A DNA stretch of 64,000 nucleotides from the NCBI RefSeq assembly GCF_006345805.1, contig NC_043003.1, forward strand, positions 46,438,001 through 46,502,000. The letters run 5' to 3'. Position 1 is the stretch's first letter; each line of letters begins with the position of its first letter. The notes under the pieces were generated by a model, which saw nothing but the letters and a program-made list of their open reading frames with translations, was not told the origin of the DNA and did no database searches. Shown piece after piece: positions 27,210 through 42,449 of the stretch. Made by a program: the position numbers and the translations under genes. The stretch comes from Octopus sinensis (Eukaryota).

Positions 27210-29558
27210 ATATATATATATAACAGCAGTATATAACGACAGAAATGATGTGCAGTATTTAGTCCACATGATTTATTCTTCTTCTTGTCAATGTCTACCT
27301 TGCCCTTTGTATTATACAACATCAATCACACAGATAACAAAGTATCCGGGTCGATATAATCGACTAAATATTTCTTGTGCTCCATTATGGCCACAGCCTA
27401 AATGTTTGAAACTAGTAAATGAATAAAAGAATAAATAGATGGACACTTCGATAACATTTAGAAGAGTAAATTAACCCACAAACTCATTAGCGAATGACTT
27501 CCTCGCCCCATTCGATTATTTCCCCGCCTTTTTTCTTTATTCCGTTGCATGATGTTCCACTCCATTGGCGATGTTGGTTGGTGTGCAAGAGAAGCCACTG
27601 GGATAATTCTCACCGGTCTCATCAGCGTCCAACCAATTAATAACCATGCGTTCGATTGGAGGAACATTAACAGTGATATTTTATCTCTCATCATCATATT
27701 AATCCAGCTATCTGAACAGATACAACATAATGGGATCTTGCTGCTGCAGTTGTTATTAGTGTTGCTGGTGCTGCCGTTATTATTGTTGGTTTTGTTGTTT
27801 TTGTCACGGATCAAAAGTTGGAGATAAAAGCGAGAACATGAGAGAAGCGTCACTCCATGTTATGTAAACAGCGATTCAGTGTAGCAGGAAGGACAATTAT
27901 TAAATCTTCACACATGCTAACAAACCTTGTAGGGCTGTGTTATTTAATTATTTCCTTGTTGTCGTTATTGTTATTTTTATTGTTCATATTGATCATCATA
28001 TTCAATAATGCCATTTCAATTAAGTTTCTGCCGATCCATCGAGTCTTTTTATGATCTCATGGGGACCATTATGTCACCACCTGTGGCTAAACACTGTTTT
28101 AAAATATTTGGGGGAATTTTAGCATTATTAATATAATATTATATGTTTTGCTTGAATTGTATTTATATGGCAAGTGACATGATCTGAGACTGTTTGTTGA
28201 AACTGAAGCAATCATATCGCAGAGGAACCATTTTAGATGGCTACAATAACTTTGCCACGATGTAAATTCTAACATGTTTTCGTCTACACTTAGTTTCAAT
28301 TAGTATATTCGTTTACAGCCGTCAGTTGCTCTGTCTATATTTGGCTGCACTTGAACAGAAAAGAGAAAAACAGTCTATGTTAACGAAAGATATCAATGCA
28401 CTGTAGCATGCAGATTGAGCTTTGGAAGTATGTATTTCTGCTACTTTCACTTCTACAACAACAGCTTCTGAATCTCCGAACTAAATGCCAAACCCCACCT
28501 CAACCTTATACTAAAGCCATGTTATGCTCCATCTCTTGTTATCGCCCCTTTTCTGATGAGTCTTACTTAACATAGTTTAATGCTAACTTATTTAATGTAG
28601 TGATCATCAAGAGTGTTATGAGAACTACTTGTGTGTTGAAGTGAGGAAAAAACAGCACTATAATAATGACTAATATTAATTTGATAATTTAGGCAATTAG
28701 GGGAGAAAGCTATGGACACATCCCGGTTTTATTAGACTTCCTCAGCGAGGCATATACTTCAAAGTATTTTCCTAATTAATTAACTGGGCGTTTAATATTC
28801 TAAAAGTGTAGATGCACTGTAATTTCCTGTCTATCGATACTTTTTCTTGCAGATATCTGTATTTCTGCAGAACAAGGGAAGTATCCACAGAACGCATAGA
28901 TATTAATTATGGTATTATCTACAAAAGTTGTCAGTTATTATAGTCCTTTCCGGGCTATTTTTATATAAAAAAACTAAAATATATTTGCACCCATCTCTAA
29001 AGCATTAACATAATTTTCGTCTTAATCTTCCCCCTCTGTATTTGTTACGCCTCTTTGTTTCCCATCATCCATATATAAACCATCTCTTCTGTCCACGATA
29101 CACTCTGCATTCCAACTTCACTTCGAAAGTTAACATCAGTGGCTACATTTACTCTCCTTTTTCCAACTTTCATCACTCTTTCCCCAATACTATCAGCCAC
29201 TTTGGTTTTAAATTTTTGTTATTCCATTCCTTTATATCCATCAGCTTTTTCTGTCGCTCTCTGAGTGTCTCTAATGTCTCTGATGCATGTTCAAATATCT
29301 TTTATCCAATACTTAGGACATTCATCATCTCTGATGAGTTCGATATATACAAATTCTATTTTATCTTGCGTTCCAACTCTATTGACACAATCGTCAAGAG
29401 AACTGAATCGTGAGTCTATATGATTTGTCTGTACCAGGTAATAACCACGCATTCTCATATTTCTAAACACTCTTTACACTCTTTACCTCTTCTCTAAACA
29501 CTCTTTACCTCTTTCTCACTTGCAAACCAATCTTTTATAAATTTATCATCATCTCTTC

Positions 29559-29898
29559 CAGGGTTTCTCAACCACTTTCTAACTTTTTGATTACTATTTT
29601 ATTCTGGGGACCTCCATAGCCAATCGATATTTAAAAACTAGTTTTATAGACAATTCTTTCAAAATTCCTGTTTTACTTTTCACACAATTACTTGTGTAGG
29701 TTGAACTATGCAAAATGTTTGAAAAGGAAACCCATCTGCCTCTTGCAATAAATACTACTACACACGTGTAAAGCATAATTTCTTCAGGGGCCCTTAAAAT
29801 ACTATTCCGAGTTTGCAATGTATTATGTTGTTGCGTGAACCTCCAAAATTCTGATATGGCCTCTCAGGGGCCATATGGCTTTCGGTTGATAACCACTA
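29559..29898. mobile_element. hAT (Charlie-type) MITE remnant
   Basis: TIRs CAGGGTTTCTCAACC / GGTTGATAACCACTA resemble Charlie/MER5-type CAGTGGTTCTCAACC ends. No 8-bp TSD is retained. Confidence 0.55.
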
Positions 29899-32563
29899 TC
29901 TTAAACGAACAGATCATCTGATAATAACTTAATCAGTGAACACGCTTCATCTGTTGCTGGTAAACTACAATCCTTTACTTGCGATCTTCAAGAAGTTTAA
30001 GAATTTAAGTGATCTGAGTTTTTTCAGTTCTTTGTCAACTACACTTGACAATAAATGTGCATCAATATTTTTCTCAGTTTGAGAAAGATAAGAAGGCTGT
30101 CCCTTCTTCATCCATCTACCAACCAATATTCTTTGAAGACATGAACCCCCATGTGATTAAATGATAGCTGTAAACCTACTGACTAACTTAAGAGTGTTAC
30201 CTACAACACCAGGAAGAAATCTCCCGATTAATAAGCGCAGAGATAACAGGGAGGATTATGTGGTCGCATGAACTAGAAGCAGCAATTAATTCTCCCTTTA
30301 GTCAAACTCTACTATATTACAACTGGGAGAGCACACCGCGTAATGAAGTAAAGTATACGCAAAAAGACGGAGCAATTAATTTTGGAACGCCTTTAATCGC
30401 AGGTCTATTCGATCAAAACTGATTCTAATAAACAAAAGCAACATCCGAGGAGCATTTGCCTAAACATTGCAACATATTGAAGATGAGCATTAGAAGTACA
30501 ATGGGTAAATTTCAATTTTCGCTTGACCTTCCATACACAAATCAATACATACATATGTTGATATATATGTGTGTGTGTGTGGAGAGAGAGAGACGCACAC
30601 ATACGTTCCTTTTTTCTCACGTGACCGATTGGCCGACTGCTGGCCCTTTTGCGTCTGACCATGGTCACTGCCACATCGACATTCTTCCCTCTGCCATAAG
30701 GCTTCATTTCCACACCCACCAGCTGAATTCAATCCGTCCCCAGTCGAAAGACGCCTGTTGTTATGTCCTGTTATAGTTATTATTATTATTATTGTTATTT
30801 TTATTGTATTTTTGTATTTATATTCGTGTAACATCGTCTGTTTTTCCGTCCTTGTTTTCGTATACATTCGATGCTTTTTACCAAAGATTCTAATGCTCTT
30901 TGCTTAGTTTTTACTTGGGGCTGGCCAGATTGGAGCAATCTCAAGATTAATCAGCCGAAATTGCGAGGATGATCCGGTTCTTGACTGAAGATAAACGGCT
31001 TCGAATGATCCGTCCTTGTTTCTTTTTATCGTTTATCTGGATGTTTTGTTGTCCCTTTTTGTATCACCTAGTTGTCCGGATGTTTTGTGTTCTTGTCCCA
31101 TTTTGTATTTTATATATATATATAAGCCGACAATGATTCCCAATGATTCCCCACCGTCTGACAAGACATTAAGTCATGTGTTGCATGTAAAATGATAACT
31201 GCAAAAATTCACTCTTCTTTTCTGTAATCATTCAGCTCAGATTTCGCTATAATCATATTAAAAAATATACCCGTTCTTCATGAAAAGTGATTTATACAAC
31301 AGCAAATAATTGCAAACGATTATATCAAATTTATATACTTATAACTAGAGCAACAAGAAATTGAAAAATTTTAATTCATTATTCATTATTTTAAAATTTG
31401 CGATTGGGGTGCTCTAGTTCAGCTACCCTATTCGTATTTAGTAAATACGACAGTGAAAAAGCTCTGATGCATCATTCCATTGGTGCCCTAAATACGTGAT
31501 TATTTTGTCTAATGCATGACCTAGCGCTTCTTTCAAAGAAGAATAGAAAAAAATCAAAAGTACAGCTTGCTTGCCAGAGGCCATTGTGTGGCGCGTTGCA
31601 CTGAGGCACTACAGGAGGTAAATAAGTAACTAAGTGCACGACAGATTTTTAAAAGCATAATTTAATGCTTTAACCATCCTACCGCTATAGCTTCTCGAAA
31701 AAAGAAAACAGTTGTGTTATCTACACCTTTATGTATAATATATATATATATATATACATACATGTATGATAAATACAAGCAAAATTGTTTTCTCATGTAT
31801 CTTTCTAAATATTCAACTTTAAATCTTTTTTTTTCTTCTCTTTTAGCATTCCATGCGAGATGCGCCCGTAGGTTTTTTTGTTTTTTTTTTTTGATCTCCA
31901 ATACGCTACTGAGTCAAAAAGATTGTGAATCACTGCCGTAGGTAGTGAATGGAAATATTGCTGACGCAGCCTCCCGCCATTTTTACCGGATACTGGACTT
32001 GAACCATTTTCATAAAACCAACTCCAAGTTATTCTATAAATGCTAATACTTTACATTTTCGCTCAATATTGATTTCTTCGTGAACATCATTCATATAACC
32101 TTTTCATATCAATCTAAAAGTACATGTTTAAAAAAGAACACTCTCAACACGAAAACAACTCCAATAGCAATAACAGCAACAACAACACCACCAGCAGCAG
32201 AGGCAGCAGCATAACACCGACATCATCTAAGCTGCGATGCTAGCTAAATAGGTTTCAACCGTATGTAATAAGGAAAATAGTGATGAAACTTAATTTACAT
32301 GGCGCGACTCGAAATATTCGCGGGAATATCTAAACCGAAAAAGTCATTAAGTTCAAATATGGCCTACCACACTCATTCTGATAAATTCTCTCCCTCCCAT
32401 TCCTAATAAATACATATAACCATGTATGTGTGTGTGTGTATGTGTGCGTGAGAGTGAGAGAGTGTGTGTGTGTGCATGTGATTCACAAGGCAAACACTCA
32501 CACCATTTACATTGATACATACATATACATACATGTATATATGCACTTATATATTTTATATGC

Positions 32564-32597
<34 letters not shown>

Positions 32598-32835
32598 TTA
32601 TGTATGTATCTATGTATCTACACATACACACACACACACATATATATGTGAATGCACATTGCATTCATACAAACACATCAGTATTTCATTCTTAAACCGT
32701 AAATCTCTCTTCTAATTTCGACTTCTCTATCCCCCCTCCCTCTCTCTCTCTCCCAGTCTCATTCATTATTACAATGTCTCTCCTCCTCTGTTTTTTCTCC
32801 TTATTACTCTTTCACAGATATCTACCTGTCTGCTT

Positions 32836-32871
<36 letters not shown>

Positions 32872-32951
32872 CATTCATACATACATACATACATACAACA
32901 TTCTCTGTCTAGCAATCTTTTACTCCTCACTCACTTTTCTCTCTCTCTCAG

Positions 32952-32993
<42 letters not shown>

Positions 32994-33334
32994 TCGCTCA
33001 CTCACTAGGATCTTCTAGCAGTCTTGTATTCATTATCTATTTCCCTCTAACCCTCTCGCGTAACCTCTACCCCCGACTCATTCTACACCACATCATTCTT
33101 CCTTCTCATAAGCCCCTAAACAGGGAACTGTTTACCGAAAATTAGAGTTTTAAAAAAAAATGAAAACCAAAACACATAACAACAAAGTAATTTAATAATG
33201 GCATTACATGTAACATGTCACTGCTTAGTTTAAAATCTCTTAAAAATTGATTGTAAAATCACGTGACCATTACCGCTCTCTATATAGCCAAACATGCGAA
33301 GAGAAGCACAAACAAACAAACACACACACACACA

Positions 33335-33376
<42 letters not shown>

Positions 33377-33612
33377 CAGACAAAAAGCGTACACCCTTGT
33401 ATTATATATTCCTCAGTGCATCTATAAATTTAATAATTATAAAAATTTCAACAGGGGTATGTGTATGTATGTGTGTTTATACGTGTTTCTATGTATATAA
33501 TACATATATATATATACTTATGTACATATATATATATTTGTATATACATATGTGTATATATAAATGTAAATATATACATATGTATATGTATAAATGTATA
33601 TATAATATAAAT

Positions 33613-33670
<58 letters not shown>

Positions 33671-34519
33671 GCGTTTGTGTATGTCTGCATGTGTGTGCAT
33701 TAATAACAGAAGAAGCGGGAAAAGAAAAAAGAACAACGACAACAACAGCAAGAATATCGCATGGAAGTTGAAGAAAAATCAATATATAATATACATGCAG
33801 ATAACCTCTGGAATTATACATATAATATATATATGTATGTATATATAGTATGTAGTACATGTACATGTTTACATTCATATATTATCATATATACATATAT
33901 ACATACATTTATACATACATGCATACACATATGCAAACCGTACACAGACGTAAACACACACGCATATGTACGTACAGTTGCACATCTAAATGGGATATGA
34001 CTCATTTATCATGTTTTGGAGCCAATTAGGTAAAAATTGAAAAAGTTTTTAATCCAAGATTTACAAACATGGCGGCCAGTGTGATCACCATGTTTTATGC
34101 GATTAATGCCTAGAACATTCTAGATTCGACGCTTTAATTCCTCTTTTTCACCACCCATCACCAACCTTTCCTGAACCATAACACCTCAAGCAATATTGCC
34201 TTCCTATAAAATACGTTCTTTTAACAGAAATAAATAATCTAATGTAATGTAAAAACATACAAAGTGAAGCTTTCTTCGATGTATTTTGATCATTTGAGAA
34301 ATTTTCTATCATAGACTAATTTAGGTTGAAATATAAGTGGTTAAATGTGTGGATATTGGATGGTAATGTGTACGCGTGTGTGTGAGTGTGTATGTGCGTG
34401 TGTGTCTGTGCTTATGTGTGTGTATGTGTACTTGATTGATTGTATGTGTATGTGTATATATATTTGTATAAATATATATATGTATATATTTATGCCCGTG
34501 TATGAGTGTGTATTTGTGC

Positions 34520-34572
<53 letters not shown>

Positions 34573-34877
34573 CAGAGTATATACAATTTAATAAAATGCT
34601 TGTTATATAAATACAGTATACCAGATACAATATAATGTATGTACACACGCATATATATTCATAAATATATATATATATATATATATGCTTATACACATAT
34701 ACACATGTATATATATATACATATACACATGTATATATACATGTATGCGCTTATGTTACTGTGTGAGCATGTGTGTGAGCGTGTGCATCTATATGAGCGT
34801 GTATGCATACACATATATACGGACACACAGTCATAGATATACAAAGGCACGTACGCACATACACACACACATGCGTG

Positions 34878-34910
<33 letters not shown>

Positions 34911-35555
34911 ATATACATATATACAGACACATACATAGACCAATTCACTATATACGTGTGAGTGAGTGTGTGTCTGTGTGTGTCTGTGTGTCTGTGTGTG
35001 TGTGTGTGTCTTTGTGTGTGTGTCTGTGTGTGTATGTGTGTTTGCAAGCATATATACATACATATTTATTTGCATATGGAACATATTGCCTGTTAAAGGC
35101 GTGTTTATAGCTGAGACGAAAGTTATTAATAAAATAAATGTCTTATAAAACACACAGCATACAATTTTCGGAATAAATTCGTTAAAACAAATAAGAACCT
35201 GTCGGAGTCATTGTGATTGCGAGAATTCTAGGTTTTGCAGACATATATTATTCGGTTAGTTTGGTGAATCATGATGATATAGGGTAATTACGCTACAAGA
35301 CGATGGAGATATGTGGTTATACTTGATATCGTATAACCTATGAGCTATTTTCTAGATTGGATTTAAAAATCCATTTTCTCGTTTATATATTTGAATGTGA
35401 TAAGTAGCTTGTGTATTGTACGAGCCAAGAGAATGTATTTATAGATGTTTGTGCGCTCGTGTTAGCGCGCATGTGTATGTGTGAGCGTGTGCGTTTGTGA
35501 GGGTATGTGCATCTGGTTTTGTGTTGATGTATATTAGACGGGAAGAGATCTAATG

Positions 35556-35628
35556 TGGATGGATAGACAGACAGACAGCCATACAGACAGACAGACAATC
35601 AGACAGATAGACAGACAGACAGACAGAC

Positions 35629-35708
<80 letters not shown>

Positions 35709-35736
35709 GGTGGATGGATGGATGGATGGATAGATA
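35556..35736. repeat. (GACA)n(GATA)n(GGAT)n compound microsatellite, left flank of LINE
   Basis: Direct reading. Confidence 0.95.
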
Positions 35737-35807
35737 TGTTTCTTATTAGCCACACAGGGCTGCACACAGATAGACAAAATTACAAGGTAGAGCTTTTCTT
35801 TTGAAGG

Positions 35808-35843
<36 letters not shown>

Positions 35844-36992
35844 AAGGGGAGGTTCGATCAAAAGGGATCGTAAAAGGAGAAAAAGAGGACAAAAAAAGGG
35901 GGTAAAAAAAAAAAAAAAAAAAAAGGGGGGGGGGAGGGGGGAGAGGAAAAAAAAATGATCAATAGGGATCGTTATCACAGAAATGTCAATATGAAGTGTA
36001 AAGGGGAGGACAGGTGAGGTTTACCCGTGGAAAGAAAAAGCCTGCGGAAAAGACCACGGTAACCTCGGTCAATGAAGTCACATTTTATATTTCTTTTTTT
36101 TTTTTTTTTTTTTTTGCAAATAAGCAACTCTCTGTTTTCGATTTCTGGGTTCATAGGACTATGCTCAAGGTGGCTTCGTCATTCATACGTGCCATTCTTG
36201 CTACATTCACCCATCTTTTTTAAAACATTCGCTAGACAAAACTTGCCTCTCTACTCTCACTTTCCTTTTCAAGTGGTACTTGAAGAAGTTGATGAGAGAT
36301 TGACCAGAGAGGAAAGTGTTTGTCCAATCCTTTCAGACGCGTCCACCAGATACATTCCTTCGCCATAGCCACAAGGATGATGAAAATAGCTCTTCCTTCC
36401 CGTTTGAAGGAAGGAGGCGTGACAATATGACGATAGACTCAGCTGATAAAACCGACTCGTCCCACACGTGACAGCAGTTGTTCGACATAAGCCCACAGGT
36501 CGGAAATTGTTGGACACTGAACGAGTGCGTGCAGAACGGTTTCGTCGCTCTGACCGCATCTCGGGCAGGGCGGCCCCGTGTTTCTCGAGCCGTGTCTGTA
36601 GAGCTTATCCCGAACGGGTAGCGCTTCTCGGTAGCACTGCCAGGCCAGGGATCTCTGGAAGTTGTCCATGGGCCCTGGCCCGAAAGTCGTCCCGAACAGG
36701 CGGGTCAGGTACTCCTCGTCGACGTCCAGGTTCGCCCCGAGCTCGTCGTCGTACCTCCCCTCCACTAAACCCCTATAGAATGCTTTGGTTGTGTTGAAGT
36801 CCTTAAGGTCGACCCAGGACGGCAGAGTTGCTTGAGAGCAACGCGACACTCGCGGTGCCATTCGCCCTTCCTCGGCCTCTTTTTGATCCACGACTGCAGT
36901 TCGGTCATGGAGACGAGCTGCGGGAAAGCGTGTCTCACAAACGGCGACCACACCTGTTCACCGTCGTCTACATAGAGCCAGAGATGTCGCAA
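35737..36992 (-). mobile_element. 5'-truncated Tx1/L1-clade non-LTR retrotransposon (ORF2 zf-RVT end + 3' UTR)
   Basis: Frameshifted ORFs 36765-36992 and 36439-36951 encode LAWQCYREALPVRDKL..CPRCGQSDETVLHALVQCP..LW, the CCHC zf-RVT motif of L1/Tx1 ORF2. GC-rich, with a pyrimidine-rich 3' UTR and AATAAG near the end. Confidence 0.85.
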
Positions 36993-37488
<496 letters not shown>

Positions 37489-38779
37489 CACTATCATTTT
37501 CTGGATGAATGCAAGCTATGGAATTCAGTCTATTGAATGCAAGTAACAAATTCGATTTTAAGTCTTTCATTTTGACGAGACAGATTGAAAATGGTTTCCT
37601 ATATGCTATTTATGGCTTCTTTGAGTTATATGGTTTTAATATTAAACGTCGCATGATGTGACTTTAATATCAGAGACGATATATATAAATAAATAAATAA
37701 ATATATATATATATATATATATATAGTATATATAGATATATATATATATATTATATATATATGTGGTGTGTGTGTGTGTGTGGATGTACATATATGTGTG
37801 CGTGAGTATGTATGTATGTATGTATGAATATATGTAAGGGTGTGCGCTTTTGTGTGTTTTAAATTATTATGCAAATTGGCTTCTATTTTGAGCAGAGATG
37901 ATTGCATTCTAAAATTTGTTAATACAAAGGCGATCTTGGTTAACCTGGATGCGAACAGAATTTGCACTTAAATGCCTCCTATGAATTAGGATTGAAAGCA
38001 GTGCAATACGAAATAGACATATATCCACAAATAATTGATGAGAAGTTCTCAAAAGAATTCATATTAGATTGATTATATTTGATGCTAAATTTTCAACCTA
38101 TTACTTTTGCTAACCACCAGTACCTTGAAATAAAGGTACGAAATAAGCTCAACAGTTTCACCCATTTTTGAAATGATAGTGATGCGATTCTGTTAAGATA
38201 AAGTGTATGTCGGCGCCAATATATATTTTTGATCAGCGTTTCCAATCTCATCGAAAATAGTATTAGAAATTATTGTTGGGTGATAGTTTCATAATTTGGA
38301 AAAGAAATAAGGAAGACTTTACCTGATACCATAAATCAGTCAATGACATTCTCGAATCGAGCTAATTGGAAATGGAAATAAATGAAGGGGAACTTGTATA
38401 CCATTACCTTTTCGTAGTGATGGAAAATAAGACTGTTACAACTGAAATATGTTGCCAGCGAACACATACTTTAGTTTTACACATCTATCCCATACCAAAG
38501 TTTAATATGGCAAGACGTATATATGCAATAAATACAGTCACAGATCACTGAGAAAGAGTTAAGAAAATTAGTCGAGAAACAATAATGCTCCACAAAAAAA
38601 AAAAAAAAAATTAATGAATCAAAGGGAAACCAATCTCAGTTCCTGAATTACAAAGAGCCTCTCAGAACGAAGAGGAAGATGCAAACATAAGTATTGCATT
38701 TGTCCTCACGCCAATCTCAGAAACCAAGTGATCGCATGCTAAGTTTAACGATACTTTCCAATTTTACACCCGTCATCAT

Positions 38780-39240
38780 ATATACAGAAAATCATTAAAG
38801 TGTCACAAATTATTAAGACTCGAGGATGCCACCAAATCCTAAAAGACTCTTAACAAAGGCGAAAGAATCAATAATGCAAGCAACAGAATGTGAAGACCTT
38901 CCTTGTGAGATTCCTGATTTGATTGACCAGAGCAAAATCGAAAAGATCAAGAATTGTAATGAATTGTAAAACAAAACTTCATTTACTTCATTACTACACA
39001 TCCAACTACAATATGAACTTCATCGGACAAACAGAAACAAAACAAATGGATCCAGCCAGAGTATTTCCACAATTGAAGAATACCATTTCTTTAGAATGTT
39101 ACGTAATGGACATCTAGACATTTGTTGAATGGAGAATTCAAACTATTTTCTGTTTTAAAAATAAAGGATGAAAATTAGTTCTGAAATGCAAAAGAGAGTA
39201 TTTCATAAAAATGTTCAGTCCCAAATTAAATCGGAAATAT
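38780..39240 (+). mobile_element. decayed Penelope-like element (RT-EN linker + GIY-YIG)
   Basis: Fragmentary translation SRMPPNPKRLLTKAK..VMNCKTK..NFIGQTETK..HLDIC..YFIKMFSPKLN, with stops and frameshifts. Confidence 0.7.
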
Positions 39241-39958
39241 TAAGTCCCAAAGGACACAATTAACACATAAATTACGTTACACTACGTGTAACTGAAAAGA
39301 TTAGAAGGATGAAAGTTCTTCAAAGTATTCTTGCATCAGGTTCATGTTAACCAGCATTTTTAAGAAAATGTTTTATATGATAATTTTTAATTTGAGAAAA
39401 TCTTTTTCCAGGCCATGTGTGTGTGTGGGCGCATACGTATGTGTGTGTTTGCATGTGTGTATATATTTATATATGTATGTATACATATCATTAATTTGTA
39501 TTTACAATTATGTAATGTGTGTGTATATGTGTGTACGTGTGTGGGTACGCAAGATGGAAAGTTACTTTTCTCACGACATTTGGTATCTTACTGAATATAA
39601 ACTTTTCTATTAATTTCTGCCTCATTTTTAAAATATTGTTTTAAGATTAAATTTCAATGTTTGGTATTTTATCTTGTTTAAGTATGTGGGTATATCTAAC
39701 CCTGCATTTTTACACACTATTCATATACACACATATACACACACAGAAACAAAACATGCGTACTCATACATATATAGATAAATAAATTATATAATTGTCT
39801 TTTTATGTATAGTTATGTATTTTTTCCTTAAACTATATGTACGTATATGCATGTGTATGTATATGTATATATATGTATATGTACATATATATAGATAGAT
39901 ACATAGATATAGATATATACATATATATACATATATACACACACACATATATATATAT

Positions 39959-40004
<46 letters not shown>

Positions 40005-40671
40005 GTATATATATATATATATATATGTGTGTATGTATTTATATATATAGATATAGATATAGATAGATAGATAGATAAAGATATAGATATATACATATAT
40101 ATATATAAACATATATATACATATATATACACACATATACACACACGCACACACACACACACATATATATATATATGAATGGATAGATGGATGGATATAT
40201 GTATGTGTGTATGTATGTATGTATGTATGTATGTATGTACGTATGTATGTGTATATGTTTGTGCATGTGCAAGTACGAATTCATTTTAACCTAAAAGTTT
40301 ATTGCTGTAAGTAGCTTGGCTATATATTTTACATCTCTTACAAATAAATGTACTTCAATCCCAGGTAGTGCTTATCAACCCTGTTGCAGTTTTCTATCGA
40401 CAAAAAAATATGCAACGAATACCTTAGAAGCGAATGTTACAGCTTGGTTTCAATATTCTTAAAGACTTTACTTTTTCTGTCTATTCTTTTAATATTACTG
40501 ACAAACTTCACAAAATTTCACCACTTTGTCACATCTACTTGAATTCTATAAAACCTTTACGAACTAATGAAATGGCTTGCTTGCATATTCGCTTGAACTT
40601 CTAGAAATACACACATATATGTATATGTATATATATAAGTATATATATGTATATATATAAGTATATATATG

Positions 40672-40704
<33 letters not shown>

Positions 40705-40889
40705 ATATATATGTATATATGTATATATATGCATATATCTATATCTATATCTATATATATGTATACTGGAGTAAACACATAAATGTGAAACAAGGTGGAA
40801 AAAAGAGTACTATACGTACATATAGTTTAAGGAAAAATACATAACTATACATAAATCGCAAAAAAGCAAACTTTAGGTTGTTCTTTGGT

Positions 40890-41260
40890 ACAGGCATGGT
40901 TATGAATTAGGAAGCTTGTTTTGCAGTCACATTGTTTCTGGTTCAGTCCTACTGTGCGGCACCGTGGTCAAGTGTCTTCCACTATAGCCTTGGATCAACC
41001 AATAACTTGTGAGTGAATTTGGTAGTTGGAACTGTGTGGGAGCCAGTCGCTCGCACGCAAATATATGTGAGCGTGCCTTTTTGTCTTTTTTCGTCTCTCC
41101 TTCCACCACTTGAGAACAGATATTGGCTTGTTTTTGTCCCGTAACTTAGCGGTACTGCAAAAAAAAAAAAAAAATTATTTTCGGTGGTGATTTGTTCAGC
41201 TAAAACTTTCAATATGGTGCAGCAGCATAGCCACAATACAAAAACTGAAACAAGTAAAAT
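40890..41260 (+). mobile_element. diverged SINE family A
   Basis: GGTTCAGTCCTACTGTGCGGCACC..AAGTGTCTTC..CCCGTAACTTAGCGG..CTGAAACAAGTAAAA. Confidence 0.75.
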
Positions 41261-42089
41261 ATAAAAGATAACAGAAAGAGTTGTTCTGGCTAAAATGTTT
41301 TTGATTATAGGTCTCCATAAAAAGAGATCACCAGGAGTTAAACAATAACAACAGCAACAACAGCAAGATGGAAATAATAGTCTTAGAGATGTCCGACTGT
41401 ATTTCATTTGATTGACAAATACAGTCAGTGATCATTTCATTTGATTATAGTTGTTAGATATCACACCAGTACATTTCTGATACATTATATATAGACACCA
41501 GAAGCATCAAAAGTAATATTAATCATGTAGGGATTTGAATGTTAACGACAGGTCTAAATCAAGTAAATTTATTACCTTAACATGTTTCTAATTCTGCTAA
41601 ACTTACGTCAGTTTTAAGTATATCTCAATATCAATATGTATGTGTGTTTACGTCTATGGACATACATCCACCAGCACACATGCATGCATACACACATACA
41701 TACATATACATACATACATACATACATACATTATTTCATTATATTTGCCATAAAGGCAGTACATATAGTATAGGAGCTTTCATTAATGAAATGAATGATA
41801 ACGAAACAAGGATGATAAGAATGGGAGAAGACAAAAAGCTCCCACCGACATTTGCTTCTCTAAAAAAATTTTCTTTAAAAACAAACACAAAATGAGGTAT
41901 TAAACCTCTTACAGGTTTTACAATATTTTCAAGTTTTTGGACTTCATATTCCATCACAAATAATAACATAGTTCACAAAACTCGATCATCCTCCTCCCCG
42001 ACCAGGCTGTACTCTACCCTTAGGCACTGCTCCAGCTCCAGGTCGGGACCCCAGAATGCAAATTTGAACATACATACATACATACACAC

Positions 42090-42122
<33 letters not shown>

Positions 42123-42449
42123 TACATACATACATACACACATACATGCATGCATACATACATACACACATACATGCATGCATACATACATACATACATA
42201 CATACATACATACATACATACATACATACATACATACATACATGCATATATACATGCATACGTACATACATACATATCAATCCGTTTGTTGCAAAATATG
42301 GCTAAACTTGGTGTTGGTGCGAGAGAATGCAAATCTTTAATTCATGCACTACAAATGTTCGCGATATCTAGGACTATAATAAACTGCAAAACCTTCTTAA
42401 GATTTAAAAGATAATGAACAAAACAAGATGCGTTCCTTCACAACCTTAC

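Noticed and set aside
27458-27853. 131-aa and 92-aa overlapping ORFs
   Set aside because: No recognisable domain; partly built from (TTG/CTG) low-complexity sequence.
28553-29345. Isolated CTGATGAG words at about 28553 and 29332
   Set aside because: No stem II/GAAA partner follows either word.
29040-29500. Possible LINE endonuclease remnant on the minus strand
   Set aside because: Composition is suggestive, but I could not recover a diagnostic motif.
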